From NCBI GenBank assembly GCA_035501755.1, contig DATJVN010000118.1, positions 2,424-66,423 on the forward strand: a DNA stretch of 64,000 nucleotides, given 5' to 3'. The notes under the pieces were generated by a model that saw only the letters and a program-made list of their open reading frames with translations, had not been told where the DNA came from and did no database searches. This document shows, piece by piece, positions 48,111 to 56,915 of this stretch. A program made the translations under genes and the position numbers. Every line of letters starts with the position of its first letter. The stretch's first letter is position 1. The stretch comes from Bryobacteraceae bacterium. GTDB lineage: Bacteria; Acidobacteriota; Terriglobia; Bryobacterales; Bryobacteraceae.

Positions 48111-48743
48111 CTACCCGCCGCCGAGAATCTCCACAATCATCGCGCGCTGTTCGTCCAGAAATTGCCCGAGTGGCGCGAAGGTCCAGAGTTGATTGTTGAC
48201 GCGAACGCGCACCGCGTGATGATCGGTTCCGTAAGATTTCGCCGATTCCACCTCCGTGATTTCCTTGCGGCTCACCCGGAACCGGTGCGCGGAATTCCAC
48301 GACTTGTACTCGACGCTGTCGCGCGCGACGTAGAGCCAGCCGTCGCACAGCGCCGTAAAATCTCCCCCGCCGTGATCGTGCGCGACATGGAAGGTCGCGT
48401 CGCCGCCGTGGGCGAGCGATCGCTGGAAATTCTCCTTCGCCTCCGGCCACCTCAGAAAGTTGTACAGATACACCTGCGCCTTCAGGTTGTACGCTTGCCA
48501 GGCGTTCGGATCCATGCGGACAGCCTTGTCGAGCACGGCAATCTCGTCCGGGTAGGCATGCTTCTGATCGAGCTGGAGCGCCTGTTGGATGATCGCGTCG
48601 TAATCGCGCGACGCAGCGGTTTGCTGCGAGCGAGCACCGCTCGGTCCGGCGGGACCGGGGACCGGCAATTTGATCAGGAAAGTCGCCAGAACCCCTATGG
48701 CGACCGCTCCGCCAGCGATCCATAGCCAACTATTCAGGCTCAT
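48111..48743 (-). CDS. Membrane-anchored protein with TPR-like segment (hypothetical)
   Basis: Start at MSLNSWLWIAGGAVAIGVLATFLI (TM anchor). TPR-like AWQAYNLKAQVYLYNFLRWPEAKENFQRSL. Unassigned C-terminal domain. Last gene downstream of the FHA operon. Confidence 0.5.
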   Translation of the reverse strand: MSLNSWLWIAGGAVAIGVLATFLIKLPVPGPAGPSGARSQQTAASRDYDAIIQQALQLDQKHAYPDEIAVLDKAVRMDPNAWQAYNLKAQVYLYNFLRWPEAKENFQRSLAHGGDATFHVAHDHGGGDFTALCDGWLYVARDSVEYKSWNSAHRFRVSRKEITEVESAKSYGTDHHAVRVRVNNQLWTFAPLGQFLDEQRAMIVEILGGG

Positions 48744-48832
48744 TCCCTTGTTCACCGGCTGCGCGATCGCGGTGGCCGCGGGCAATCGCTCTGCATGCAC
48801 CCGACGCAGATTTTCGCGACGTTCATCCCGCG

Positions 48833-50053
48833 CTACTCCATACGGACTTCAAACTGGTTGTGCAGATCGCCGACGTAGAAGCGATCGCCCGGCCGCAATT
48901 CGCGTGGTTGCCCGGGAACCAGGCGCTCGCCGCTCGCGATGTAAGTTCCGTTCGTCGATCCGAGATCCTCGAGCACGAATGCAACCCTGGCCGCATCCCA
49001 GCGAATGGAGCAGTGGCGCTTGGAAACGGCGTCGGATTCGGGTCCGAAAACGAGATTGACAGCGGACTGATCGCGTCCCATCACGCTCGCGCACGCATCC
49101 ACCGGAATCGACGCGCCGGCGTATTGTCCGGCAAGCCCGCGTAGCGCCGGTTTGGTTGGAACGGGAACGGCCGGCGCAATCGGATACGGCGCTTGCGGTT
49201 GATAGGCCGGGCGTCGCTGCGTCAGCACGCGCGCCACCTGATCGCGCGTATTCTTGCGCGTCGCCAGCAGCGCCAGCGTGACCAGAATCCCGAAGCCGAT
49301 CCATCCGGTGCCGTGCGGAAGATGGAATCCACCGCTGTCGCCCGGCGGTGGTCGCTGCTGCCCGCCGCCCTGCTGCCCTCCGCTTTCTTGCGCGCCCGGG
49401 CCGCTGCATGCCGCACTGGCGACGTTCGCCCGGACTCCCGTTTTCGAAAATCCCGCGCTCAGCGAATCCACCACGAAGGCGAGTTGCGTTCCGTTCTCCA
49501 CCACCATGTTGAATCCGATCACATCGCCGCATGCATCGAACATGGCGCTGCCTTTTTCCACTGAATCCGCCGTCGCGCTGGCTTTGATCACCCTCAGCGG
49601 AACCTTTTCCGCCTTCACCATGTCCCGAAGCTGGCCCTCCTTCACCGCGGGATCGCCCTTGTCCGGAAACTGGATCGTGAAAACGGGCTGGCCCTTCTGG
49701 ACCAGGTTCGCCGGGACCAGCGTCACGCCGGAACTACGCGCTTCGCCGCTGATTTCAAGAATCACCATGTCGCCGTCGCCCGACCACGCCACCTGCGACT
49801 TCACGTCCTTATCGCCGGTATGCACGAATGGCGTTTTCTGCTCGCCCGCATCCGTTTTGTTGCAGCAGGCCGCGTAGGTCACCACGTGCTTGGAATCGAC
49901 GATGAAGCCTCCGGCGAGCGAAACGGCCTTCATCTTCCCACCGTCAGGAATGGCGCCATAGACCTCCACGCTCATGTCGAGCATCCGTTGCGTGGCTGGC
50001 TGCGACATCGCTACCCCGGTTGTGGCAACGAGAATACCCAGGACTGACTTCAT
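48833..50053 (-). CDS. Bitopic membrane protein: periplasmic trypsin-fold-like domain, TM, cytoplasmic FHA domain
   Basis: Start MKSVLGILVATTGVAMS at 50053 (ATGA overlap with the PP2C stop). TM is WIGFGILVTLALLAT. C-terminal FHA signature GRDQSAVNLVF....VSKRHCSI......FVLEDLGSTNGTYI. Confidence 0.8.
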   Translation of the reverse strand: MKSVLGILVATTGVAMSQPATQRMLDMSVEVYGAIPDGGKMKAVSLAGGFIVDSKHVVTYAACCNKTDAGEQKTPFVHTGDKDVKSQVAWSGDGDMVILEISGEARSSGVTLVPANLVQKGQPVFTIQFPDKGDPAVKEGQLRDMVKAEKVPLRVIKASATADSVEKGSAMFDACGDVIGFNMVVENGTQLAFVVDSLSAGFSKTGVRANVASAACSGPGAQESGGQQGGGQQRPPPGDSGGFHLPHGTGWIGFGILVTLALLATRKNTRDQVARVLTQRRPAYQPQAPYPIAPAVPVPTKPALRGLAGQYAGASIPVDACASVMGRDQSAVNLVFGPESDAVSKRHCSIRWDAARVAFVLEDLGSTNGTYIASGERLVPGQPRELRPGDRFYVGDLHNQFEVRME

Positions 50054-51162
50054 GGCTTTCCCGTGTGCGATGAAGGCGCCTGCGACGGCGGCAGCGCCGG
50101 AGTTCCGCCCGCGGGATTGGAAGGTGCCTCGCGGCGCAGTGCCGGCAGATCGATTCCCTTCGAGGAGTCCGACGGCGCCGCGGCCGACGAGGAACGGACG
50201 TGCGTCGCGTACCACCACGCCGCGGTGACGGCTACGATCAGTACCAGCGCGATTGCCAGTAGCCACCGCGAACCCGATCGCGAAGGCGGAGTCTGCACCG
50301 CCGCGTGCTCGCCCGACGGCCATTCGATCGCCGGCTGCGATGCGACCGGCCCCAAAACCGGGTCGAAACTCTCGCGCCGCATCGTCACGGTCCCGCCGAA
50401 GGAATCCGTCGCCGTCACCGAGAGCACCGTCACGTTGTCCTGATATTCGCGCCTGTGGGCGATGGTCTGCGACACCAGGATCTCCGGCCAGCTCTGCGGG
50501 TCGCCCGACAGGCACGCGCGAATCTCCTCGGGCTGCATGGTCTTGAACATCCCGTCGCTTGCCAGCAGGACCGTGTCGCCGTCGTGCAGCGGATACGGCT
50601 CCGTATTGAAATCAATCTCCTCCAGAGTTTCGCTTCCGATGTAGCTGGTGAGCGAGTCGCGTTCCGGATGCGCCTGCGCGTCCTCGCGCGACATGGTCCC
50701 CCGCGTGACCGCCGCGTCCAAAACGTTGGCGAAGATGTGCGGACGGTTGAGCATGCGGAACTCGCCCGGCGCGCACAGGAAAATGCCGCTGTCGCCGACC
50801 GAAATGAAATATAAGGACCGCTCGTGCAGCGCCACCGCCACCAGCGTCGTGCCCACGCTGTCCTTCAGTCCGAGCCTTTGGGCCAGCGCGACCACCTGAG
50901 CGTTCGCTTCCCGCAGGCTGCGTTGGAGCGCCGCCGGAACCTTTTCATCCGGAGCTTTTCCCTGGTACGCTTCCAGAAACGCGCGCACCGCCGTGCGACT
51001 GGCCTCGTCTCCGAACTCCATCCCTCCCATGCCGTCGCACACGATGGCCACGAATCCGCCGTGCGAAAGGAAGGCTTCGTCATTGGGATCGGAAAATCCA
51101 AACGAGTCCTGCTGCGAGTGCCGCGCTCCGATGTGTTGGGCGTTGCCTGGCAAAAACCGCAT
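50050..51162 (-). CDS. PP2C-family Ser/Thr phosphatase with C-terminal TM anchor
   Basis: RHSQQDSF, AIVCDGMGGMEFGDEAS, SVGDSG, and LLASDG motifs. TM RWLLAIALVLIVAVTAAWWYA followed by a Pro/Ser-rich tail. Confidence 0.85.
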   Translation of the reverse strand: MRFLPGNAQHIGARHSQQDSFGFSDPNDEAFLSHGGFVAIVCDGMGGMEFGDEASRTAVRAFLEAYQGKAPDEKVPAALQRSLREANAQVVALAQRLGLKDSVGTTLVAVALHERSLYFISVGDSGIFLCAPGEFRMLNRPHIFANVLDAAVTRGTMSREDAQAHPERDSLTSYIGSETLEEIDFNTEPYPLHDGDTVLLASDGMFKTMQPEEIRACLSGDPQSWPEILVSQTIAHRREYQDNVTVLSVTATDSFGGTVTMRRESFDPVLGPVASQPAIEWPSGEHAAVQTPPSRSGSRWLLAIALVLIVAVTAAWWYATHVRSSSAAAPSDSSKGIDLPALRREAPSNPAGGTPALPPSQAPSSHTGKP

Positions 51163-51165
51163 GGT

Positions 51166-51357
51166 CTAATTCTCCGCGTCCGCCCAGGAATATTTTCTGC
51201 CGCAGAACGGCGCCAGCACCAGCCTGGTTTTTCCAACCTCCAGCATTTCGGCGCCCTTTATCTGCGTGTCAGCCAGAAGCGTGCACCACGGACATCCGGT
51301 ATGCTTCACCGGATCGTAACCATACCCCGCCGGGCAGCAGATCATCTTGTCGGCCAT
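51166..51357 (-). CDS. Small zinc-ribbon-like protein, first gene of the PP2C/FHA operon
   Basis: MADKMICCPAGYGYDPVKHTGCPWC... (63 aa). ATG preceded by a strong SD, GGGAGGAGGGG. Stop lies 3 nt before the PP2C start. Confidence 0.5.
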   Translation of the reverse strand: MADKMICCPAGYGYDPVKHTGCPWCTLLADTQIKGAEMLEVGKTRLVLAPFCGRKYSWADAEN

Positions 51358-51371
51358 CCCCTCCTCCCGCC

Positions 51372-52838
51372 TCAATCGATCGCCGGAAAATCTATCTTAC
51401 TAGGCCCTTCGAGTCCCAGCGTCGTCGAAACTTCCAGAAAATCCGCCGGGTACCGGGCCATCTCATATTTCATCGCGTACCGGAGGCGGCCGGCGTCCAA
51501 TCGCGCGAGGCCGAACTCGCCCCTTTCTGGCACGCATTCGAGTACGGCGGGAACGCGCAGGCCATATTGTTGGATCAAGAAACAAATATCTCCGGTCTCA
51601 AGCGCGTATTTTCCGGCGAGTGCGCGGGCCTCAGCCCGTAAATTCTCCATCGCCTCCGCCGAGTTGCCATTCAGCGGGGTTTCCGCCGTTACGTGAACGC
51701 CGCGCAGCTCGGCGACCGCCAGGTCCGCGGCTTCCTCGCACATCGCACGATAAGTGGTGAATTTCCCTCCCGTGATGCGCAGCACGCCTTCGGAATCGAA
51801 AAAAATACGATACTCACGCGTAGCCCGCGTCGCCGACCCGCCGGTCACCAGCAGCGGCCGCAGCGAACTGAACGCCGCCACCGGCTCGATCGACGCGCTC
51901 GCAGGAAAAACGCGCTCGGCCATCGAGCGCAAATAGCTGACCTCATCATTCGAAATCTTCACGTCATCCGGCGAGCCGGGATGATCCACGTCCGTCGTGC
52001 CGATGAGCGTCCGGTCATTACGCTCGCCCCACGGAATGAAAAAAAGAATTCGGCCGTTTTCATCGAAATACGCGATCGCGTGATCGCTCGCATTCAGCCG
52101 CGGGAGTACGATATGCGATCCGCGCACCAGCCGCGGCGAAGGATCGCGCGCCCACGGCCCGGTCGCGTCGACGATTACTTTCGCGCGCGCCTCGAACGTT
52201 TCCTTCGCGATCCGGTCGTGCAGCTCGACAGAATCGCGCGTGCGCCGTCCTGCCGCGACGTAGTTCGCGCACACCGCGCCGTTCGACTGGGCCTCGAAAA
52301 TGTTTTCGAGCACCAGACGTGCCGAGCGGACCTGCGCGTCGTAATATTCCGCCGCCGCGGTCATACGCGGCAACCCCAGTCCCGGCTCCATTTTCCGCAC
52401 CTGATCGAGCCCCAACCTCCGATGTCGTGGAAAGCCCCCGCCGAAACGGTCGTAAAGCGTCAATCCGAGGTTGTAATAAGCTTCGCGAAGAAAACCTTCG
52501 AGCGGCAGAAGAAACGGCAGCGGCTCGACCAGATGCGGCGCGATGCGCAGCAGCGTCGCGCGTTCTTCTAACGCTTCGCGCACCAGGTGAAAATCGAATT
52601 GCTTCAGATATCGCAACCCGCCGTGAATCAGGTGCGAATTTTTTCCGCTGGTGCCCGAGGAAAAATGCTTGCGCTCGACCAGCGCGACGTTGAGCGCCCG
52701 CCCCGCGACTTTCGCCCGCAATGCCAGGTCGCGTGCAAGCCCGGCGCCATTGATCCCGCCGCCGATGATCAGAACATCGAATGTTTCTCCGCGCAGGCGT
52801 TCTAAATTGTGGCCGCGACTGAACAGGGATTCGTTCAT
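51372..52838 (-). CDS. glpD: FAD-dependent glycerol-3-phosphate dehydrogenase/oxidase
   Basis: FDVLIIGGGINGAGLARDLA dinucleotide-binding motif. GTSGKNSHLIHGGLRYL. GlpD-type C-terminal domain. Confidence 0.88.
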   Translation of the reverse strand: MNESLFSRGHNLERLRGETFDVLIIGGGINGAGLARDLALRAKVAGRALNVALVERKHFSSGTSGKNSHLIHGGLRYLKQFDFHLVREALEERATLLRIAPHLVEPLPFLLPLEGFLREAYYNLGLTLYDRFGGGFPRHRRLGLDQVRKMEPGLGLPRMTAAAEYYDAQVRSARLVLENIFEAQSNGAVCANYVAAGRRTRDSVELHDRIAKETFEARAKVIVDATGPWARDPSPRLVRGSHIVLPRLNASDHAIAYFDENGRILFFIPWGERNDRTLIGTTDVDHPGSPDDVKISNDEVSYLRSMAERVFPASASIEPVAAFSSLRPLLVTGGSATRATREYRIFFDSEGVLRITGGKFTTYRAMCEEAADLAVAELRGVHVTAETPLNGNSAEAMENLRAEARALAGKYALETGDICFLIQQYGLRVPAVLECVPERGEFGLARLDAGRLRYAMKYEMARYPADFLEVSTTLGLEGPSKIDFPAID

Positions 52839-52855
52839 TCGCGTGCATCCGCGGC
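52811..52855. repeat. REP-like imperfect palindrome overlapping the glpD start
   Basis: GGCCGCGACTGAACAGGGATTCGTTCATTCGCGTGCATCCGCGGC. Outer GCCGCG/CGCGGC arms and the family core TTCATTCGCG. Covers the first 9 glpD codons and the 16-nt gap to the MFS gene. Confidence 0.45.
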
Positions 52856-54060
52856 TAAATTTTACGCCGTTCGAGGTTGGGCAGAAACGCCGCGAGCAAT
52901 CCGATCGCGGGCAGGAATGCGCACACGTGGTACACGGTCTCGACGCTGGTTGCGTCCGCCAGCTTGCCCAGCATCGCCGCTCCCAAGCCGCCCATCCCGA
53001 ACGCGAGACCGAAAAATAGTCCTGAAACGACGCCGATGCGCCCTGGAAAGAGCTCCTGCGCGTAGACGATAATCGCCGGAAAGGCGGAGGCCAGCATTAA
53101 GCCGACGACCACGCTCAGAGCGGCTGTCCAAAACAGATTCGCGTACGGCAACAGCAGCGTGAACGGGAGCGGGCCCAGAATCGACCACCAGATCACGCGT
53201 TTTCTGCCAATCCGGTCCCCCACGGGACCGCCAAAAAATGTTCCGGCGGCCACCGCGGCCAGAAAGATGAACAGGTGAAGCTGCGCGCTGCGCACTGTCA
53301 GATGAAATTTGCTCATCAGGAAAAAGATGAAATACGTATTCAAGCTCGCCAGGTAAAAGAATTTCGAAAACACCAGCGAGATCAGCACCGTCAGGGCGAC
53401 CGCGGCCTTCGCGTTCGACACTCCCGAAACCGGCGCCGCGTGCTTCACCGCCGCGTGCGCCACGCGATGCGCTTTGTACCACCCCCCGACCCGCGCCAGG
53501 ATCAGCATCGCCAGCAGCGCGACCGCGGAAAACCATCCGATGCTGCGCTGCCCCTGCGGCAGCACCACGAAGGCGGCCATCAGCGGACCCAGCGCCGTTC
53601 CCGCGTTGCCGCCCACCTGAAACAGCGATTGCGCCATCCCGTGCTGCCCGCCCGAAGCCATCCGCGCCACGCGCGACGATTCCGGGTGAAACACGCTCGA
53701 TCCCATCCCCACCAGCGCCACCGAGGCCAGCACCACCGCGTAGGTCGGCGCGTGCGAAATCAGCAGCAGCCCGCTCAGCGTGAACCCCATCCCGATCGAG
53801 AGCGAATACGGCATGGGACGCCGGTCCGTGAACCATCCCACCAGCGGCTGCAACAGCGACGCGGTGAGCTGCGAGGTCAGCGTGATCAGTCCGATCTGTC
53901 CGAAATCGAGATGATAGGTGGTCTTCAGGATCGGATACACCGCGGGAATCAGCGACTGCATGGTGTCGTTCAGCAGGTGACACACGCTGAGCGCGCCCAG
54001 AACGCGGAACACCGCGCGCTGTTCGCCGCCCGCGACCTCGAGTGTGGATGCGCTCGCCAA
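52855..54060 (-). CDS. MFS transporter, Fsr (fosmidomycin-resistance) type
   Basis: 12-TM pattern. N-terminal LGALSVCHLLNDTMQSLIPAVYPILK typical of the Fsr subfamily. TTG start at 54060 (a downstream GTG is possible). Confidence 0.85.
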   Translation of the reverse strand: MASASTLEVAGGEQRAVFRVLGALSVCHLLNDTMQSLIPAVYPILKTTYHLDFGQIGLITLTSQLTASLLQPLVGWFTDRRPMPYSLSIGMGFTLSGLLLISHAPTYAVVLASVALVGMGSSVFHPESSRVARMASGGQHGMAQSLFQVGGNAGTALGPLMAAFVVLPQGQRSIGWFSAVALLAMLILARVGGWYKAHRVAHAAVKHAAPVSGVSNAKAAVALTVLISLVFSKFFYLASLNTYFIFFLMSKFHLTVRSAQLHLFIFLAAVAAGTFFGGPVGDRIGRKRVIWWSILGPLPFTLLLPYANLFWTAALSVVVGLMLASAFPAIIVYAQELFPGRIGVVSGLFFGLAFGMGGLGAAMLGKLADATSVETVYHVCAFLPAIGLLAAFLPNLERRKI

Positions 54061-54191
54061 CCCCAGGAACCCTTCATCCAGTCTAGCCCGAATGCGTGCC
54101 TACGCCCGTTTCTTCCAGCGCGGTTGCGCGCCCTCGCGCTGCAAGGCTCTCTCCGCGCGTGCAAGTCGCGCATTTTCGGCGGCATGCGTCC

Positions 54192-54207
54192 TGGAGTGCC
54201 GATTGCA
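54192..54207 (+). promoter_or_regulatory. Candidate sigma-54 (-24/-12) promoter of the USP gene
   Basis: TGGAGTG-CCGA-TTGCA has GG and GC at the canonical 10-nt spacing, and the -12 element TTGCA is perfect. SD GGAGG at 54221 and ATG at 54234 fit a short leader. Confidence 0.5.
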
Positions 54208-54233
54208 CTTCTCACGGGCAGGAGGCGCGCTGT

Positions 54234-55100
54234 ATGCTCAACTTCCGCCACATTCTTTTTCCTATCGACTTTTCCGACCGCACTTGCGCGGCGGTGCCAT
54301 TTGTCGATGCATTCGCCAAACGATTCGGATCGAAAATCACCGTGCTCAGCGTCGCTCAGCCGTTCTGGTACACCGGCATGGGCGATCCGGGAGGACCGGT
54401 GGTGATCGACACCGACGAAATTTTGCGCGAGCTCGAAACGCGTCTTTCCGGAACGCTGGTGAAGGAGTTTGCGCATCTGGAAGTGGAGCGCGTGGCCGAG
54501 CTGGGCGACCCTGCTCAAGTCATCGTGGATTTCGCTCGCGACAACAAAGTCGATCTCATTATGATGCCCACGCACGGCTACGGTCCGTTTCGAAGCCTGC
54601 TGCTCGGCTCGGTCACCGCGAAAGTGCTGCATGACGCCGAGTGTCCCGTGTGGACCGCGGCGCACGTCGAGGATGCGCCGGTGCGCGACCATTCGAACAC
54701 GCGCTCGGTGCTGTGCGCGGTGGACGGCACTCCCCGCAGCATCGAGCTGATGAAGTGGGCCTCCACACTCGCCTCCGATCTCGGCGCCGGCCTGCGCCTG
54801 GTTCACGTGATCGCCGGCATGGAGGCCGGTCCCGCGCGCCAGATGGATCGCCAGTTCGAAGAGGACCTGCGCCTGGAATCCCGCAAGATGATCGAGGAGC
54901 AGCAGAAAGAGGCCGGTATTGAGGCGCCGTTATGCGTGACCGTCGGAAACATCCCCGCGGGCGTCCGCGAAGAGGCGCGGCGCCACGGCGCCCACCTGGT
55001 GGTGATCGGCCGCGGCGTGATGCATGAAACCCTGGGCCGCTTGCGCACCCATTCCTACGGCATCATCCGCCAGTCGCCTTGCCCGGTCTTGAGCGTGTAG
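54234..55100 (+). CDS. Tandem universal stress protein (two UspA domains)
   Basis: Start MLNFRHILFPIDFSD after SD AGGAGG. Two USP repeats, each with a G..GxGxxxxxLLGSV-like ATP-binding motif (HGYGPFRSLLLGSVT; IGRGVMHETLGRL). Confidence 0.85.
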   Translation: MLNFRHILFPIDFSDRTCAAVPFVDAFAKRFGSKITVLSVAQPFWYTGMGDPGGPVVIDTDEILRELETRLSGTLVKEFAHLEVERVAELGDPAQVIVDFARDNKVDLIMMPTHGYGPFRSLLLGSVTAKVLHDAECPVWTAAHVEDAPVRDHSNTRSVLCAVDGTPRSIELMKWASTLASDLGAGLRLVHVIAGMEAGPARQMDRQFEEDLRLESRKMIEEQQKEAGIEAPLCVTVGNIPAGVREEARRHGAHLVVIGRGVMHETLGRLRTHSYGIIRQSPCPVLSV

Positions 55101-55105
55101 TGTTC

Positions 55106-55175
55106 AGCCGCGAATGAATGCAAAGGAACGCGAATTCTTAACCGGATTCGCGTTCCTTTGCGTTGATTCGCGGCT
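55106..55175. repeat. REP-like palindrome (30-nt arms, 2 mismatches) between convergent genes; likely bidirectional terminator
   Basis: AGCCGCGAATGAATGCAAAGGAACGCGAAT - TCTTAACCGG - ATTCGCGTTCCTTTGCGTTGATTCGCGGCT. Lies between the USP stop (55100) and the activator stop (55174). Confidence 0.75.
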
Positions 55176-56556
55176 ATAAATTGTGCTTCTTGAGCTTGTA
55201 GCGCAGCGCGTCGCGGCCGATTCTCAACAGGCGCGCCGCCTGGGACTGGTTTCCGCCCGCGGCTTCGAGCGCGCGGATGATCAGCAGGCGCTCCTGCTCT
55301 TCGAGCGTTCCCACGCTCGGCTCGGGCGGCGGCGGAAGCGCGGCCGCGCCTTCAGCTCCCGGACCGGTCGAATGCAGATACGCCGGCAGATCCTGGACGT
55401 CGATCATGTCGCCCATGGCCATCATGCACGCGTGGCCGATCACGTTTTCCAGTTCCCGCACATTGCCCGGCCAGGAGTGTAGCGACAGCAGAATCTGCGC
55501 GCGATGCGTCAGTCCGTGGATCTCCTTGCCGTACTGGGTGGCGAATTTCGTTACGAAGTGGCGCTCCAGCAGCGGCAGGTCTTCCTTGCGCTCGGCCAGC
55601 CGCGGCACGTGGATTTCGACCATCGAGAGCCGGTAGTACAAATCCTCGCGAAAGGTTTTTTCGGCGATGGCCTGCCGCAGATCGCGATTGGTGGCGGCGA
55701 TCACGCGCACGTCCACGCGCTTGGCCGTCAGCGATCCCACGCGCTGCACCTCCTGATTTTGCAGGACGCGCAGGAGCTTGGCCTGCGTGGCGAGCGGCAT
55801 GTCGCCGATTTCGTCCAGGAACAGGGTCCCGCCGTGCGCGTGCTCGAACAGTCCCGCCTTGTCGTGCGTGGCTCCCGTGAAGGAGCCCTTCACGTGACCG
55901 AACAGCTCGCTTTCAAACAGCGTTTCGACCACGGCCGAGCAATTCAACACCACGTAGCGGCCCGAAGCCGCCGGACTGAGTTTGTGCAGCGCCTGCGCGA
56001 TCAGATCCTTGCCCGTGCCGGTCTCGCCGGTGATCAACATGGCGCGATAATGCGGCCCCACGCGCCGGATCTTGGAGAACATCTCCCACATGAGCGGGCT
56101 GCGCCCCACGATGCCCTCAAACTCCGCGCTCTGCAACAGCTCGTCTTCCAGCTGCAGCGCGCGCTGGCGGCGCCGCGCATCCTCCACCAGTTTCCCGATG
56201 CGCTCGCGCAGCGCGGCGATCGATACCGGCTTGTTCAGATAATCCGACGCGCCTTTCTTGATCGCTTCCACCGCCGATTCGGTGGAGTAATGCGCGGTCA
56301 TCAGGATCACGTCGATGGACGGATCGAACTCCATGGTCCGCTCCAGCACTTCGAGGCCGCTCATGTGCGGCATCACCAGATCGGTGAGCACGATCTGCGG
56401 ACGGCGGTCGTGAATCAGGTCGATTCCGGTTTCCGGGTCGGACGCGGTCAGGATTTCGACGCCGGATTGCGCGAGCGCGGTGGAGAGCATCTCCAAACTG
56501 CCGGCGTTGTCGTCGATGATCAGCAGCGATATTGCGGGTTTAGCGGCGGCAGTCAT
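55174..56556 (-). CDS. Sigma-54-dependent response regulator (NtrC family: REC + AAA+ + Fis HTH)
   Basis: Receiver (LIIDDN...DLVMP), AAA+ [15 protein letters not shown], the GAFTGA-loop variant GSFTGA, and a C-terminal [25 protein letters not shown]. Confidence 0.92.
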   Translation of the reverse strand: MTAAAKPAISLLIIDDNAGSLEMLSTALAQSGVEILTASDPETGIDLIHDRRPQIVLTDLVMPHMSGLEVLERTMEFDPSIDVILMTAHYSTESAVEAIKKGASDYLNKPVSIAALRERIGKLVEDARRRQRALQLEDELLQSAEFEGIVGRSPLMWEMFSKIRRVGPHYRAMLITGETGTGKDLIAQALHKLSPAASGRYVVLNCSAVVETLFESELFGHVKGSFTGATHDKAGLFEHAHGGTLFLDEIGDMPLATQAKLLRVLQNQEVQRVGSLTAKRVDVRVIAATNRDLRQAIAEKTFREDLYYRLSMVEIHVPRLAERKEDLPLLERHFVTKFATQYGKEIHGLTHRAQILLSLHSWPGNVRELENVIGHACMMAMGDMIDVQDLPAYLHSTGPGAEGAAALPPPPEPSVGTLEEQERLLIIRALEAAGGNQSQAARLLRIGRDALRYKLKKHNL

Positions 56557-56915
56557 TTGAGTAGACGTTCGACCTCCTGTCGAAGGCTGACCAGGCGGAT
56601 CGGTTTGGTGATATAGCCGGTGAATCCCAGCGCCATGGCGCGCTCGCGATCCCCTTGCATCGCGCTCGCGGTCAAAGCGACCACCGGGGTCGCCGCGAAA
56701 TGCGCATCGCGGCGCAATTGTTCGATTACGCCGAATCCGTCGATTTCGGGCATGTGCAGGTCGAGGATGATCAGGTCGGGCGAGACTTCCTGCGCCTTGC
56801 GCAGCGCTTCCGGACCGTCGCTCGCCTCGACGACCGTGTAGCCCGCGTTTTCAAGCACGGTACGCACCAGCTCGCGGCCCGTCGCCTTGTCGTCTGCAAT
56901 GAGAATGGTCTTCAT
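56553..56915 (-). CDS. Single-domain CheY-like response regulator
   Basis: 120 aa, [17 protein letters not shown]...[14 protein letters not shown]...ALTASAM...KPI. ATGA-type overlaps on both sides. Confidence 0.88.
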   Translation of the reverse strand: MKTILIADDKATGRELVRTVLENAGYTVVEASDGPEALRKAQEVSPDLIILDLHMPEIDGFGVIEQLRRDAHFAATPVVALTASAMQGDRERAMALGFTGYITKPIRLVSLRQEVERLLK

